Source of the DNA: a virus
Taxonomy: Duplodnaviria; Caudoviricetes
Length of the DNA: 44,895 bases
IMG/VR virus record: IMGVR_UViG_3300032608_000181
Span: 1 to 44,895 of that record
Strand: one strand, 5' to 3'
Of this stretch, positions 26,510 to 35,797 are shown in pieces. Under the pieces are notes generated by a model that saw nothing but the letters and a program-made list of their open reading frames with translations, searched no databases and was not told the origin of the DNA. Within the stretch, counting starts at the first letter, position 1; every line of letters starts with the position of its first letter. The position numbers and the translations under genes are program-made.

Positions 26510-27204
26510 TTCTTCTTATCCTTACCTGATAATATTTTAATGAGTTTCACTATAGGCTTAATAAACAACTTGCTTATAGTTTCACCAGCATAGACAATAA
26601 TAATATAAAAGAGATTCATCTTATTCTTCTAACCATTCTTTTCAATGGTTCTATTATTAGCCAATAGATTAAGCCAAATACTATTTCATAGGTGTATATA
26701 ATGTAGAGTTTGATTTCTTTCATTTCTCTACCCCATTTTTTTAGTAGCCGATTGTAAACATTCCTCAAACGATAACCCAGAACGACTCCCACGACAAGCC
26801 TGAGATATACGAAAACGTTTGTAGGCCTCCAGTAAAATGTCCACAGCATCAGCCTTTTTCTCCAGATCAAGGACTCTATTCTCAATTGAACCTATTACGC
26901 GTATTTCCTTTCTCATAGAGTCAATAAGTCTCCTTTCATTTTATTATCTCCATTATAATTCTTCTGGCATCATATCGTATCCACTGAATCAAGTTAATAG
27001 CTTGAATAGCAAGCCAGAATACTGCCAGGATTGGCACATATCCAGAAAGATAACCTATCTTACGAAGATTCTTCTTCAGCGTGTAAAAATCCTTATTTTC
27101 CATTTCCTTCTCAATAACCATTTAATGGCCTTGATTATAATTTTAATGGGGATTGAAATAGCCCATTTATCCTGCGATGGTGGCCTGTCTTTAAAAGCAC
27201 TCAT

Positions 27205-27627
27205 TTAATTGCCTCCATGTTTCATAATTTCAGCCCACTTGATTTCCCTATCCCCGACCTGTCGTGCCATAAGACTATCAAGTATCTCAAGGGCAGCTTG
27301 TTCAAAATCATCATTTTTAATAGCTCGAATCATATCCTTAAAAGATAGAAATCCTCTTTCATCATTACCAAGGCCCATATTAAATATCATACTAATAACA
27401 ACTCTTCTCCTTGCTTCGTTAAGGTGTTTTCTGATGGAAAGAGGTAACTTAGCAAACTTATGAATTGCTATATCAATATCATCCTGTAGTATATAAGAAG
27501 CGGCTTTTTCAGATATTGGATTAGACATCAAATGCCCATAGCCTACAGTCCAGTTGCCTAATGAGTCTGGATAGGGCGTCCCTACAAACCCCTCGTCTTG
27601 CTTGAGTTGCTTGATTAGTTTTTCCAT
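27205..27627 (-). CDS. Endolysin, T4-type lysozyme (GH24)
   Basis: DEGF...PY.DSLGNWTVGYGHL catalytic E-D-T; MIFNMG; F..M..A...AA.E.LDS. Confidence 0.92.
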   Translation of the reverse strand: MEKLIKQLKQDEGFVGTPYPDSLGNWTVGYGHLMSNPISEKAASYILQDDIDIAIHKFAKLPLSIRKHLNEARRRVVISMIFNMGLGNDERGFLSFKDMIRAIKNDDFEQAALEILDSLMARQVGDREIKWAEIMKHGGN

Positions 27628-27628
27628 G

Positions 27629-28264
27629 CTATTCTATGAACCCATCAGCAAAGCCGTATTTTATCATTTCTTTTGGAGTTAAATAAACCCATTCCTTGTC
27701 TTTAGTCAAGTCTCTAATTTCTTGTTCAGACATCAATGAATTTTCAGTTATATGTTTATACATAGCATTCATATAATATTTAGTTTTAGGAATATTGCTT
27801 GTACTAGGGTCAACAATAATTTTTGAATCAATATTATGAATACCAAAACATGAATAACCTTCAACTATAAGTCGCTTGTCTCCTGCTATAAAGACTATGA
27901 AAGCCGCAGAAGCAATCGTTCCAAAAACCTGACATTCAACATATCCACCGTGATTCTGATAATTCTTAATCAATGAAACAATACGGAACATTTCTACAGC
28001 AGGTCCCCCAGGAGAATGCATCCGCAAAATTACGCGTTTTATTTTATTTTTCATAAGATAATCAAGATGTCTTTCGACGAAGTTTGTACCTATATATCCT
28101 GTAATCTTAATAAGTCCAGTCTTGCCAGAAGACATTTGAATGATTTCCATGTTCCCTGGTAACACCTCTGGTTTACTTTTGTATTCTTCAAAAATCACTA
28201 CACCAATAAAGATAAGGAAAACTGAAATGGCCCCCATTATAAACATTTCAAAGAATCTTTTCAT
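27629..28264 (-). CDS. Membrane-anchored ClpP-like serine protease
   Basis: N-terminal TM; HSPGG, IASAA, AGDKR, GIH and YLTPKEMIKYGFAD. Confidence 0.85.
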   Translation of the reverse strand: MKRFFEMFIMGAISVFLIFIGVVIFEEYKSKPEVLPGNMEIIQMSSGKTGLIKITGYIGTNFVERHLDYLMKNKIKRVILRMHSPGGPAVEMFRIVSLIKNYQNHGGYVECQVFGTIASAAFIVFIAGDKRLIVEGYSCFGIHNIDSKIIVDPSTSNIPKTKYYMNAMYKHITENSLMSEQEIRDLTKDKEWVYLTPKEMIKYGFADGFIE

Positions 28265-28265
28265 C

Positions 28266-28826
28266 TTAGTCCCCTCCTTTCTTTAGGATTATACGTGGAT
28301 TTATTACGTCGAATCTTAGGTTGCCAGAATTTGGTATACCCTCTCCGCTCCCGTCCTTTTTGCTTCCCTTGTCCTTTCCGAAAAGGTTTTTAACTGTAAT
28401 AAACCCGCCTGTTCGTTTGGCTTTCTGCAAGGCCTCTATTAATCTTTTGTGTAACTCCTTGCTGTATGGCAATTTATACACCCTCGGAGTATTGCTTGTA
28501 TGATAACGAAACGCATTTCTGGGGTCCAATATTACTTTCTTAAACTCCTGATCTATCACCCATAAATAAATGGCTCCCTTACTATTTACAGAAGGTTCAT
28601 TTATCAGCAAAGATATTACTCTACTATCATTCGGAATCGGTTGGTCAGTCGGCCAGCCTCTCAGATTATCAGGCGTGAAGAACAAGGCCAGGCCATACCA
28701 GAGAACAATAGGTATAATAACTACTTTTATCAGGACATGGATTTGAGAACTTATCAGGAAAAAGAGCAGAACTGCTGTAATCATAATAAACGCAATTGCT
28801 AATCCTATATATCCTGTTATTATCAT
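28266..28826 (-). CDS. Two-TM membrane protein with a soluble C-terminal domain
   Basis: Two N-terminal helices, GWPT, AIYLW, PRVYKLPYSKELH. Confidence 0.7.
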   Translation of the reverse strand: MIITGYIGLAIAFIMITAVLLFFLISSQIHVLIKVVIIPIVLWYGLALFFTPDNLRGWPTDQPIPNDSRVISLLINEPSVNSKGAIYLWVIDQEFKKVILDPRNAFRYHTSNTPRVYKLPYSKELHKRLIEALQKAKRTGGFITVKNLFGKDKGSKKDGSGEGIPNSGNLRFDVINPRIILKKGGD

Positions 28827-28841
28827 CTTCCTGCCTCCGGT

Positions 28842-29462
28842 CTAAGTATTTCCTGGTGGCGATATTGATTTAGTTTGAACAAGTGTTTTAGGAAGCTCGT
28901 TCATAGCAAGAATTGAACCGTCATTAGTCATCGTAAATCTCTTGATAGTTACTTCCTCCCAATCTTTGTTCATTGTAAATTTTTTATATATGATGGTTTT
29001 ATATGGATTTAACTTATCCATCTTGATCTCAACAGGTACTGGGCCCTTACCTGCTTTGCGATATAGGTGTATATTAAGAGTCCATTCGCCAGGGATAAAT
29101 CCTCTAATCGTAACAATTTCCTGATTATGGTCATAAGAAACCCATGTACCGTCCTTCAAAGTAATTGTATCGTTTAGCCTGCCTAAGTCGTCTCTATCCA
29201 AGTGCATAAGCCCTACTTCTTTTGAGCTGAAATACAATACATTTCCAAGAGGATCTTCTAACCACACGTCTATATCGCTGGCATTTGAATCAGCCCATGT
29301 AAGAGTGATGATAAATTCTGCTTTAGTTTTAATCTCGGCTTTTTTCTTTTCAATTGTGATCATCAGAAATGCACAAGTGAAAAGGAACACGAACCCCACA
29401 AGCGTGCAGAACAGAAGGTCTAAAAAAGCTACATCACTATGGTATATCTTTTGCGTTTTCAT
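28842..29462 (-). CDS. MotB/ExbD-like single-TM protein with a YfaP(DUF2135)-like domain
   Basis: AFLDLLF TM aspartate; ITLTW....DIDVW..DP, LDRDD, NQEIV...PGEW...HLY. Start reassigned to MKTQK. Confidence 0.65.
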   Translation of the reverse strand: MKTQKIYHSDVAFLDLLFCTLVGFVFLFTCAFLMITIEKKKAEIKTKAEFIITLTWADSNASDIDVWLEDPLGNVLYFSSKEVGLMHLDRDDLGRLNDTITLKDGTWVSYDHNQEIVTIRGFIPGEWTLNIHLYRKAGKGPVPVEIKMDKLNPYKTIIYKKFTMNKDWEEVTIKRFTMTNDGSILAMNELPKTLVQTKSISPPGNT

Positions 29463-29463
29463 G

Positions 29464-29643
29464 TTAATAAATATTGACTTTAAAATAATGTTGAATAAAA
29501 TACATAATGAGTGTAACGAAACCGGTAACAATAATCAACCAAGACAATCCTGCACCTAAAAAACTTATAAAGCCCCAATTCATAGCTTTAATAATCATCC
29601 CTGGTATACTTAAAAAATAATGTATAAATTGTTCCATTTTCAT
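29464..29643 (-). CDS. Small membrane protein (59 aa)
   Basis: Manual ORF MKMEQFIHYFLSIPG...; GGGGG RBS; hydrophobic. Confidence 0.55.
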   Translation of the reverse strand: MKMEQFIHYFLSIPGMIIKAMNWGFISFLGAGLSWLIIVTGFVTLIMYFIQHYFKVNIY

Positions 29644-29654
29644 TCCCCCTTTAA

Positions 29655-30179
29655 TTAAGAATTGTCCTTTTTGTCTAAATATTGAGAAAGGTCAAATAAT
29701 TGTAACCTCAAAAGAAGGCTACAAACCAAACCGACAGCCGTAGTATATAAAGCGGTACTCATACCGATGCTCATCTTCAATAGAGCAGATTGAATCCCTG
29801 GGATACTCATTGTTTGCAGTCCGGTAAAGCTAGTGCCAAGCATATAAATAAAACCTAACACTGTGCCTATCATGCCAAGATTCAACAGAATATTAGACAT
29901 AAACCAGCCTGTTTCGTTTAGATGTTCATAATAAATAATATCAATTTCTTTGAGCTTAGAAATCTTATACGCTATTACCCCTTGCCTAATTGAAAACCCA
30001 TAGAATAATCCTAATATAAGAAAACTTATTTTCGTGAAGTCAAGTCTATATATGGCTTCTATCTGACCTACTAAAATAAGAATAACGATTGCTATATTCA
30101 CAAGCACAAAAAGCAGCCACCATCGCAATAGAATATCCCATTTTTGTTTCATATTACATACCTCCTTAGAGGTCACCAA
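29655..30179 (-). CDS. MotA/TolQ/ExbB proton-channel family protein
   Basis: Four TM helices; LGMIGTVLGFI and GMSTALYTTAVGL signatures. Confidence 0.88.
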   Translation of the reverse strand: MVTSKEVCNMKQKWDILLRWWLLFVLVNIAIVILILVGQIEAIYRLDFTKISFLILGLFYGFSIRQGVIAYKISKLKEIDIIYYEHLNETGWFMSNILLNLGMIGTVLGFIYMLGTSFTGLQTMSIPGIQSALLKMSIGMSTALYTTAVGLVCSLLLRLQLFDLSQYLDKKDNS

Positions 30180-30300
30180 AGAAATATAATAATAGTGCCA
30201 TGATAATAAAGATATCTACAAATGCCAGAATGCCAATCAGCAGATATCCCCAATTAATATAATAGATTACGGATTTTGTCTTATATCGAGCTACCATTAT

Positions 30301-30567
30301 TTATCTTGGCCCCACCATTCCTCCTACTAAGAGATCATAGATTTTATCTTGTTTAAGTTTGATCTCCTGAATATCCTCTTTGATTGCCTCTTGTAACTTA
30401 TCAACTTTCTTTTCCACTCTGGCTTCGGTCTTTTCCAGTTCTGATTTATCTGCTTTTGTGGTAGTGTAACCAAACCCCATACCAAGGAGCATTAGAATAC
30501 CAACAAGGGCTGTTACCTGTTTTAGTGTGATTCTCCCATTAGGCTTTGAGTCATTATTAGGTGGCAT
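30301..30567 (-). CDS. Single-TM coiled-coil protein, holin-like by position
   Basis: One TM followed by a coiled coil; lies between tail and lysis genes. Confidence 0.45.
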   Translation of the reverse strand: MPPNNDSKPNGRITLKQVTALVGILMLLGMGFGYTTTKADKSELEKTEARVEKKVDKLQEAIKEDIQEIKLKQDKIYDLLVGGMVGPR

Positions 30568-30623
30568 TAGTTTGTCTCCTTATTAAGTGCATCAAGTTCC
30601 GCTATCGCCAGTCGCCTGAGAAT

Positions 30624-30917
30624 TTATAGATCTTCACGCATGGCATTTAAAGATGCCCGATAATCAGCGGCTGTCGGAGCTTGATTGTCCATTAACTTCT
30701 GAAGATTTTCAAAGAAAACTATAGCGTTTACGATATCAACTGCTTTAATTCCCAATGACATCACATCAGCATCTATAATCTCATTAGCACCTGCGGGATT
30801 ATATTCTCTATCATTGAATATCTCTCTCGCATCATACCCTTGAATGTGTGTGTACATTATAGCTGTACAGAACTCTTTTACCTTTGTAGCAAATTCTATT
30901 TTTGTTGCCATTTTCAA
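30624..30917 (-). CDS. Hypothetical late protein
   Basis: ORF in the late operon. Confidence 0.6.
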   Translation of the reverse strand: MKMATKIEFATKVKEFCTAIMYTHIQGYDAREIFNDREYNPAGANEIIDADVMSLGIKAVDIVNAIVFFENLQKLMDNQAPTAADYRASLNAMREDL

Positions 30918-31360
30918 TCTCCATAAACATTTTTATTAGACCATCCGGTAATTTCCAGACTGTCCAGTGGATTTAATAAAGTTAATTTAGATTCAAAATT
31001 TGAATTTTTCCCCAATCCTAAAAGATCACCGATAATCTCAATCTTTTCTTCTATCGTTGCAGCTTCATTCCACGATTTTTTAATATCTTTTATTGTTTGC
31101 TTATTTAGTTCAATTTGTTTTTCCCGTTTTTGCTTTATTGGTTCATTTATAACCATCATTATCTCCGCAAATTCTTCATCAGTAACAAATTTAACTTCAA
31201 TATCTTCTTCCGTATATCCTGCATTGATAGCGTTCTGACGTAAGGTGGCAAGGTTCGCAAGTGCATATTCCTCATCATTGATTTCAGGATTAGGATGTGT
31301 TTCTCCACCACTTTGAGACTCAATCATCTTGCCTGTTAGTTTATTTATTGATATTCTCAT
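30914..31360 (-). CDS. Putative tail-fibre-associated protein
   Basis: Directly follows tail fibre 2. Confidence 0.45.
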   Translation of the reverse strand: MRISINKLTGKMIESQSGGETHPNPEINDEEYALANLATLRQNAINAGYTEEDIEVKFVTDEEFAEIMMVINEPIKQKREKQIELNKQTIKDIKKSWNEAATIEEKIEIIGDLLGLGKNSNFESKLTLLNPLDSLEITGWSNKNVYGD

Positions 31361-31364
31361 AATT

Positions 31365-32090
31365 TTACCTCCATGCTATATAACGTATTTTTGCTGTTCC
31401 AGTAGGCGTTCCATCTTTTATCCATGATACAGTAAATCCATCTGCGCCTATTACAGATATTGTAGCAATTTGTCGATCTCCATTAGCTGTTTCGAAATAC
31501 ATAGCTGTATTATCATCAGCCTGGAAAGTTACTGTGGCCCCTACCGCCTGAGATACATTATATTCTGTTGTGCTTTGGCTCATAGCAATCGTCAACACAT
31601 CAGCAACGCCATGTATAGCTCCAACAAATAGAATTACATTTGGTTTAAATCCAAGCCCCGTAATTGCTTGAGTTCCTGTGGCTGTTGTTAAATCATAAGA
31701 AAAAGTACCCATATATATCCCAGCCGCCCATTCAGGAGCAGTTGCACCAGCATTTATGAAGAGCTTTGTGTCGGCTGCACCTTTGGCGAGAGCTGCAAGA
31801 ACTGAAGATGCTCTATAATATATATCTCCATCAGCGTCAGAACCTACTTCAATAGATCTATAATGTTGTAATATCCATCTTTTAGTTCCAGCATTAGCAT
31901 CTGGGGAAATAATAGTAGGAGAACTTTCGCCAGCCCCCGAATCATCATCAAGAATATAAATATAAAGTATATCCCCGACATAAACATGAGCAACATCTTG
32001 ATCTAATAATACTGAACCATCAATAAAGTCCAAATCATTAGCCCCACCACCTATCAATCCATAAGCAAAATAAACTGTTTTATCTGCCAT
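31365..32090 (-). CDS. Tail fibre/receptor-binding protein 2
   Basis: N-terminus paralogous to 33722..34327; GDIYY...LAALAKG repeat; TGTQAITGLGFKP...DGFTVSW tip domain. Confidence 0.75.
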   Translation of the reverse strand: MADKTVYFAYGLIGGGANDLDFIDGSVLLDQDVAHVYVGDILYIYILDDDSGAGESSPTIISPDANAGTKRWILQHYRSIEVGSDADGDIYYRASSVLAALAKGAADTKLFINAGATAPEWAAGIYMGTFSYDLTTATGTQAITGLGFKPNVILFVGAIHGVADVLTIAMSQSTTEYNVSQAVGATVTFQADDNTAMYFETANGDRQIATISVIGADGFTVSWIKDGTPTGTAKIRYIAWR

Positions 32091-32092
32091 AA

Positions 32093-32863
32093 TTAAATTA
32101 CCTCTATTAATGAAGCATTAACTACACTGTCCTCTGGATAGTCGTGACTGCCACTTGGCATATCGCCAAAACGAGCAAATACTATCCATTCAAAATTGGT
32201 TAACCCGGTCGCTATTCTCCAAGCCAAAGGATTATATGATGTCAAGAGCGCAACCTTATGCATAAAATTATAAAAGTATGTATCTCTATCAAGAATAAGT
32301 TCAAAGCCAAACGTCCTTACAATATCCCGTTTCTTGACATACCATGAGCCGTTCTCTAATTCCTTGATAATACTATAATCATATAATCCTTCTTTTATGC
32401 CAGCCAAAGGATCGCTAAAACTATTGACTGTTCCTGCTCTGATAATACCTGCTTCAATTATGCCTGTGCTTTTCTCGAAGTATAATTGTATAACGTGAAC
32501 TTTTGCAGGATCAGTATAATCACTCCAACCAGAACCAACTCCTGCTGCATCTACGTCATAAACGTCTGTGCTTGATATTGCTGTATCATTCCAGACTATT
32601 CCTGCCATCCAAACTATTCCAGAAGCCCATGCAATTGTATGCGCATTTCCTACCGCAATTATTATAGTTACTGTATCAGCATTTGAACCAAAGAAGGCGA
32701 CTGCGCTTGATCCGGAAGCTACTGTCAGGGTGACCGTTGCATGGGCGGAAGTAGCCTTCCAGACACGTTTAGGATAGTCATCCTCTACATTCGTGATAGG
32801 ATAACTTGCATTAGCTTCATCGGCTTCAATCGCACTAATTAAATCTGGATATATTGCTTTCAT
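32093..32863 (-). CDS. Tail/baseplate protein, paralog 2
   Basis: Colinear with 35000..35797 (MK.IYPD...MPSGSHDYPEDS...EVI). Confidence 0.7.
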   Translation of the reverse strand: MKAIYPDLISAIEADEANASYPITNVEDDYPKRVWKATSAHATVTLTVASGSSAVAFFGSNADTVTIIIAVGNAHTIAWASGIVWMAGIVWNDTAISSTDVYDVDAAGVGSGWSDYTDPAKVHVIQLYFEKSTGIIEAGIIRAGTVNSFSDPLAGIKEGLYDYSIIKELENGSWYVKKRDIVRTFGFELILDRDTYFYNFMHKVALLTSYNPLAWRIATGLTNFEWIVFARFGDMPSGSHDYPEDSVVNASLIEVI

Positions 32864-33249
32864 ATTAGTTGCTTCTTTGTCTCATGTTCAAATATAATTC
32901 TTTGCTTATTCCTCATAGACTCAAATAATTGATAAAGTTTAACCATAGCAGGATCAGATTTTGGAAATGCTTTGTTATCATTTAACGGATCATTAGGATC
33001 TGGTTGTACCATTGCATTTCTAAACCGTTCTGTTGCTTCCTGATTTCCTTCAAGTAAACCAAGAACAGCCCAATTGAAATCAAAGTTCCAAAGGTCGATA
33101 CAGTTCTTTTTAAACTCTTTCTTCTGAGGGTTTTCTCTGTTAGCCACTGCCATTTCAACCCAGCATGGACAGCCAGAGATATTATCCCATACTTTCTGAG
33201 GGCAACCTTTCTTAAATCGGTCTAAATTTCTAATACAAGGCGGATTCAT
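32860..33249 (-). CDS. Conserved Cys-containing phage protein of tail-fibre loci
   Basis: CP.W...NPQ...C...LL....A.E.FRN.MV pattern. Confidence 0.6.
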   Translation of the reverse strand: MNPPCIRNLDRFKKGCPQKVWDNISGCPCWVEMAVANRENPQKKEFKKNCIDLWNFDFNWAVLGLLEGNQEATERFRNAMVQPDPNDPLNDNKAFPKSDPAMVKLYQLFESMRNKQRIIFEHETKKQLI

Positions 33250-33710
33250 TTAGGCTCCTTTGGAAATTTCTTTTCCTTGAAATCTTTTGTATTTTTATAC
33301 TTAGTTAAATCTTCACTGACATGAGTTTGAGGCACATCTCTCAATTCCTGCCGATATGTCACCCATTCCAATTGCTTAGCGGCATCAACAGGAGCATCAA
33401 GAAGTTGTGTCCAATCGGAATCTTGTAAATCAGTATCTCTAACTCCCCTTATCTTATCCCATGTTAGTTTGGCCGCTTCAATGGCCTCTGCTTCAAGTTT
33501 TACTATTTCAGCATCGTAAGCATCTATGATTGACTGGTACGGAGAAAGATCGTCAATAACTTTATTAGGAGAACCATCAAGGTATTCCACTTCTCCATGA
33601 TCCTCATACCATTGGATAGCCCTAACATTGGCAAGGGCGAAGTTCAAGCCATGAAGAGATAAACCATCTTTAATCACTACTTTGTCACTTGGAATTATTG
33701 TTAATCTCAT
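33246..33710 (-). CDS. Tail fibre assembly chaperone
   Basis: W..IR..RD..L..SDWTQL.DAP...W..YRQ.LRDVPQ. Confidence 0.85.
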   Translation of the reverse strand: MRLTIIPSDKVVIKDGLSLHGLNFALANVRAIQWYEDHGEVEYLDGSPNKVIDDLSPYQSIIDAYDAEIVKLEAEAIEAAKLTWDKIRGVRDTDLQDSDWTQLLDAPVDAAKQLEWVTYRQELRDVPQTHVSEDLTKYKNTKDFKEKKFPKEPK

Positions 33711-33721
33711 TTTAAACCTCC

Positions 33722-34327
33722 CTAATCTTTAGTACATGCGATAACCGAAATGTAATAAGGAGCCGAATTGGCTGTATGTTGATGCGAACCACCATCACCC
33801 GTTGATCCTGTTACATTAGCGTTTTGTATAGTAGAACTGGTAGCCTGTAATGCTGGCGTTACAGTTGCTCCACCTACTGCGTTTTGTACTCGTTGGACGT
33901 GCGTATGAGCAGGTATCTCAGCAGCAGCCAACGTAAATGCTGCATGCTGATGAGCAGCTTTTGCATCTACTGCACCGCCCTGGGCAATGTTGCCTGTGGT
34001 GTAGACAATCATTGACTGGTTTGTCCAGTCTACTTTTTTCGTCCAGCCAGTGGGAGCAGCACTTTGGCCAAAGAGCATGACTGTAGATTTAGCAAAGGTT
34101 GACATCGGTTGTAATATCCATCTGCCAGTACCGCTATCAGGAGCGATTACGCCTGGACTATCCTCTGCTAATACTGAATCGGCATCATACTCGTATAAAA
34201 ACCCTTGAGCCGCCCCATCATCCCCTATAGCCATATCCTTATCAGTAAGTACAGTATGGCTTATTGCATCCAGTGCCCCTGCCGCTCCACCTGTTAATGC
34301 TTGAAATACAAAGTATTTTATTGCCAT
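33722..34327 (-). CDS. Tail fibre protein 1
   Basis: Collar-like MLFGQSAAPTGWTK; LAAAEIPAHTH, TGSTG.G.SH.H; ends IACTKD. Confidence 0.8.
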   Translation of the reverse strand: MAIKYFVFQALTGGAAGALDAISHTVLTDKDMAIGDDGAAQGFLYEYDADSVLAEDSPGVIAPDSGTGRWILQPMSTFAKSTVMLFGQSAAPTGWTKKVDWTNQSMIVYTTGNIAQGGAVDAKAAHQHAAFTLAAAEIPAHTHVQRVQNAVGGATVTPALQATSSTIQNANVTGSTGDGGSHQHTANSAPYYISVIACTKD

Positions 34328-34328
34328 T

Positions 34329-35000
34329 TTATATCACCTTATAATTGAGTGGTCTTTTATCATTCAACATTCTTGCTTTTTTATCATAAGCTTTGGCTGC
34401 TTCAATAGCAGTATTAAAATACCCAAGATGTTTCTTTATTGTATTTATTCTTATCCCTGCCACATATTTCTTTATTCTTTTATTCCATGAAACTCCTCTA
34501 AATCCAGAAGTATTGGTTTTTTTCAGCAATCGTGTATTACAACAACTCATAGAATATGTAACAAAATGACAGTTCTTAGGAGAATAGTCTTCATCATTAT
34601 TTATTCTATCTATCACTAAACCTTTTCGCCAACCATGATTTAAAGCCCATTTAATAAATACGTTAACATCGTCCCATTCTTTACATATAGTAATTCCACG
34701 AGCACCATAATTTTTATAATTTGGATTTTTAGAATCGTAACATCTAATTCTCATATTAGACCAAACCCGATATAATAGATGCTCAGAAAACCCATGCTTT
34801 TTTAATAAACATCCACAACTTTTAATCTGAGAACTTCTCAAGCAGTTTAAGAGAACTTCTGTTTCATTTCCACATTCACATAAACATTTCATCTTTCTAT
34901 ATTTATCGCCATTAGGATAATTGTACGGAATTGATTCGGCTACAATTGTTAGTTTTCCATATTTTTTCCCAATTAAATCTTCTATAGGTATTTTATTCAT
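34329..35000 (-). CDS. HNH-AP2 homing endonuclease
   Basis: CLCECG, KSCGC, YGARGITIC.EW, IDRINND..YSP.NC, NTSGFRGVSW...LGYF.TA.EAA.AYD. Confidence 0.9.
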   Translation of the reverse strand: MNKIPIEDLIGKKYGKLTIVAESIPYNYPNGDKYRKMKCLCECGNETEVLLNCLRSSQIKSCGCLLKKHGFSEHLLYRVWSNMRIRCYDSKNPNYKNYGARGITICKEWDDVNVFIKWALNHGWRKGLVIDRINNDEDYSPKNCHFVTYSMSCCNTRLLKKTNTSGFRGVSWNKRIKKYVAGIRINTIKKHLGYFNTAIEAAKAYDKKARMLNDKRPLNYKVI

Positions 35001-35797
35001 TATATTACCTCTGTAATGCTAATCGCTACTATTGAATCCTCTGGGTAGTCGTGGCTACCACTTGGCATTGCATCCGGCCTGGCATAGACTATCCATTGAA
35101 AATCAGTTAAAGCAGAACTTAATCTATAAGCCAAAGGATTTAAACCGTTTTGCCTATAGATTACGTCCATGAAATCATAGAAATCATCATCCCTGGTAAC
35201 AAAGAAATTCAAACCAAACGTTCTAACAACATCACGCTTTTTCACATACATTGCACCATTAGATAATTCTTTAATTAAAGAGTAATCACGTAATCCTTCT
35301 GTGATCCCATATTGAGGGTCATTGAATTCTTTTACGGCTCCAGCTTTCGCAACTCCAACTTCGATTGTAGCAGAACCAGTCAATTCAATTTTTATTGTAT
35401 GTTGTATAGACATTTCAGTGTAATCAATCCATAACGCACCTAATCCAGTTTCGTCTAAGTTGTAAGTAGTTGTGACTCCTGAAAACTCTGACACTGCCCA
35501 ACTAACTCCAATATGACCATCTCCTGTAGCTCCCCATGCTCCTCCAATATTGCCGTCGCCCGCCGCTGCCCATGCTCCATCTAAACTAGTCAAGATAGTT
35601 ACTGAAACAGACGAAGCATTACATCCAAATAACGCAGCACCTTTTCCAGACGAAACCACTAATGTCAACACGGCATCGACAGAGGTTGCTTTCCAAACTT
35701 CCTTGATGTAATTAGTTTGAACATTAACAGCAAGAAAGTTAGCATTTTCTTCGTCTGCTGAAACACTTGTTATATTATCTGGATATATTATCTTCAC
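35000..35797 (-). CDS. Tail/baseplate protein, paralog 1
   Basis: Position after the tape measure and hub genes; paralog of 32093..32863. Confidence 0.7.
   Translation of the reverse strand: MKIIYPDNITSVSADEENANFLAVNVQTNYIKEVWKATSVDAVLTLVVSSGKGAALFGCNASSVSVTILTSLDGAWAAAGDGNIGGAWGATGDGHIGVSWAVSEFSGVTTTYNLDETGLGALWIDYTEMSIQHTIKIELTGSATIEVGVAKAGAVKEFNDPQYGITEGLRDYSLIKELSNGAMYVKKRDVVRTFGLNFFVTRDDDFYDFMDVIYRQNGLNPLAYRLSSALTDFQWIVYARPDAMPSGSHDYPEDSIVAISITEVI

Noticed and set aside
27629-28264. Prohead maturation protease
   Set aside because: It has an N-terminal TM anchor and lies in the lysis region, not beside portal or capsid genes.
28842-30179. Zorya defence system
   Set aside because: No long ZorA tail, no OmpA-like peptidoglycan-binding domain and no ZorC/D/E genes; only the motor-type TM motifs are shared.
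31365-34327. Diversity-generating retroelement or invertible tail-fibre switch
   Set aside because: No reverse transcriptase or invertase, no adenine-specific repeat pair seen, and both fibre genes are co-oriented.
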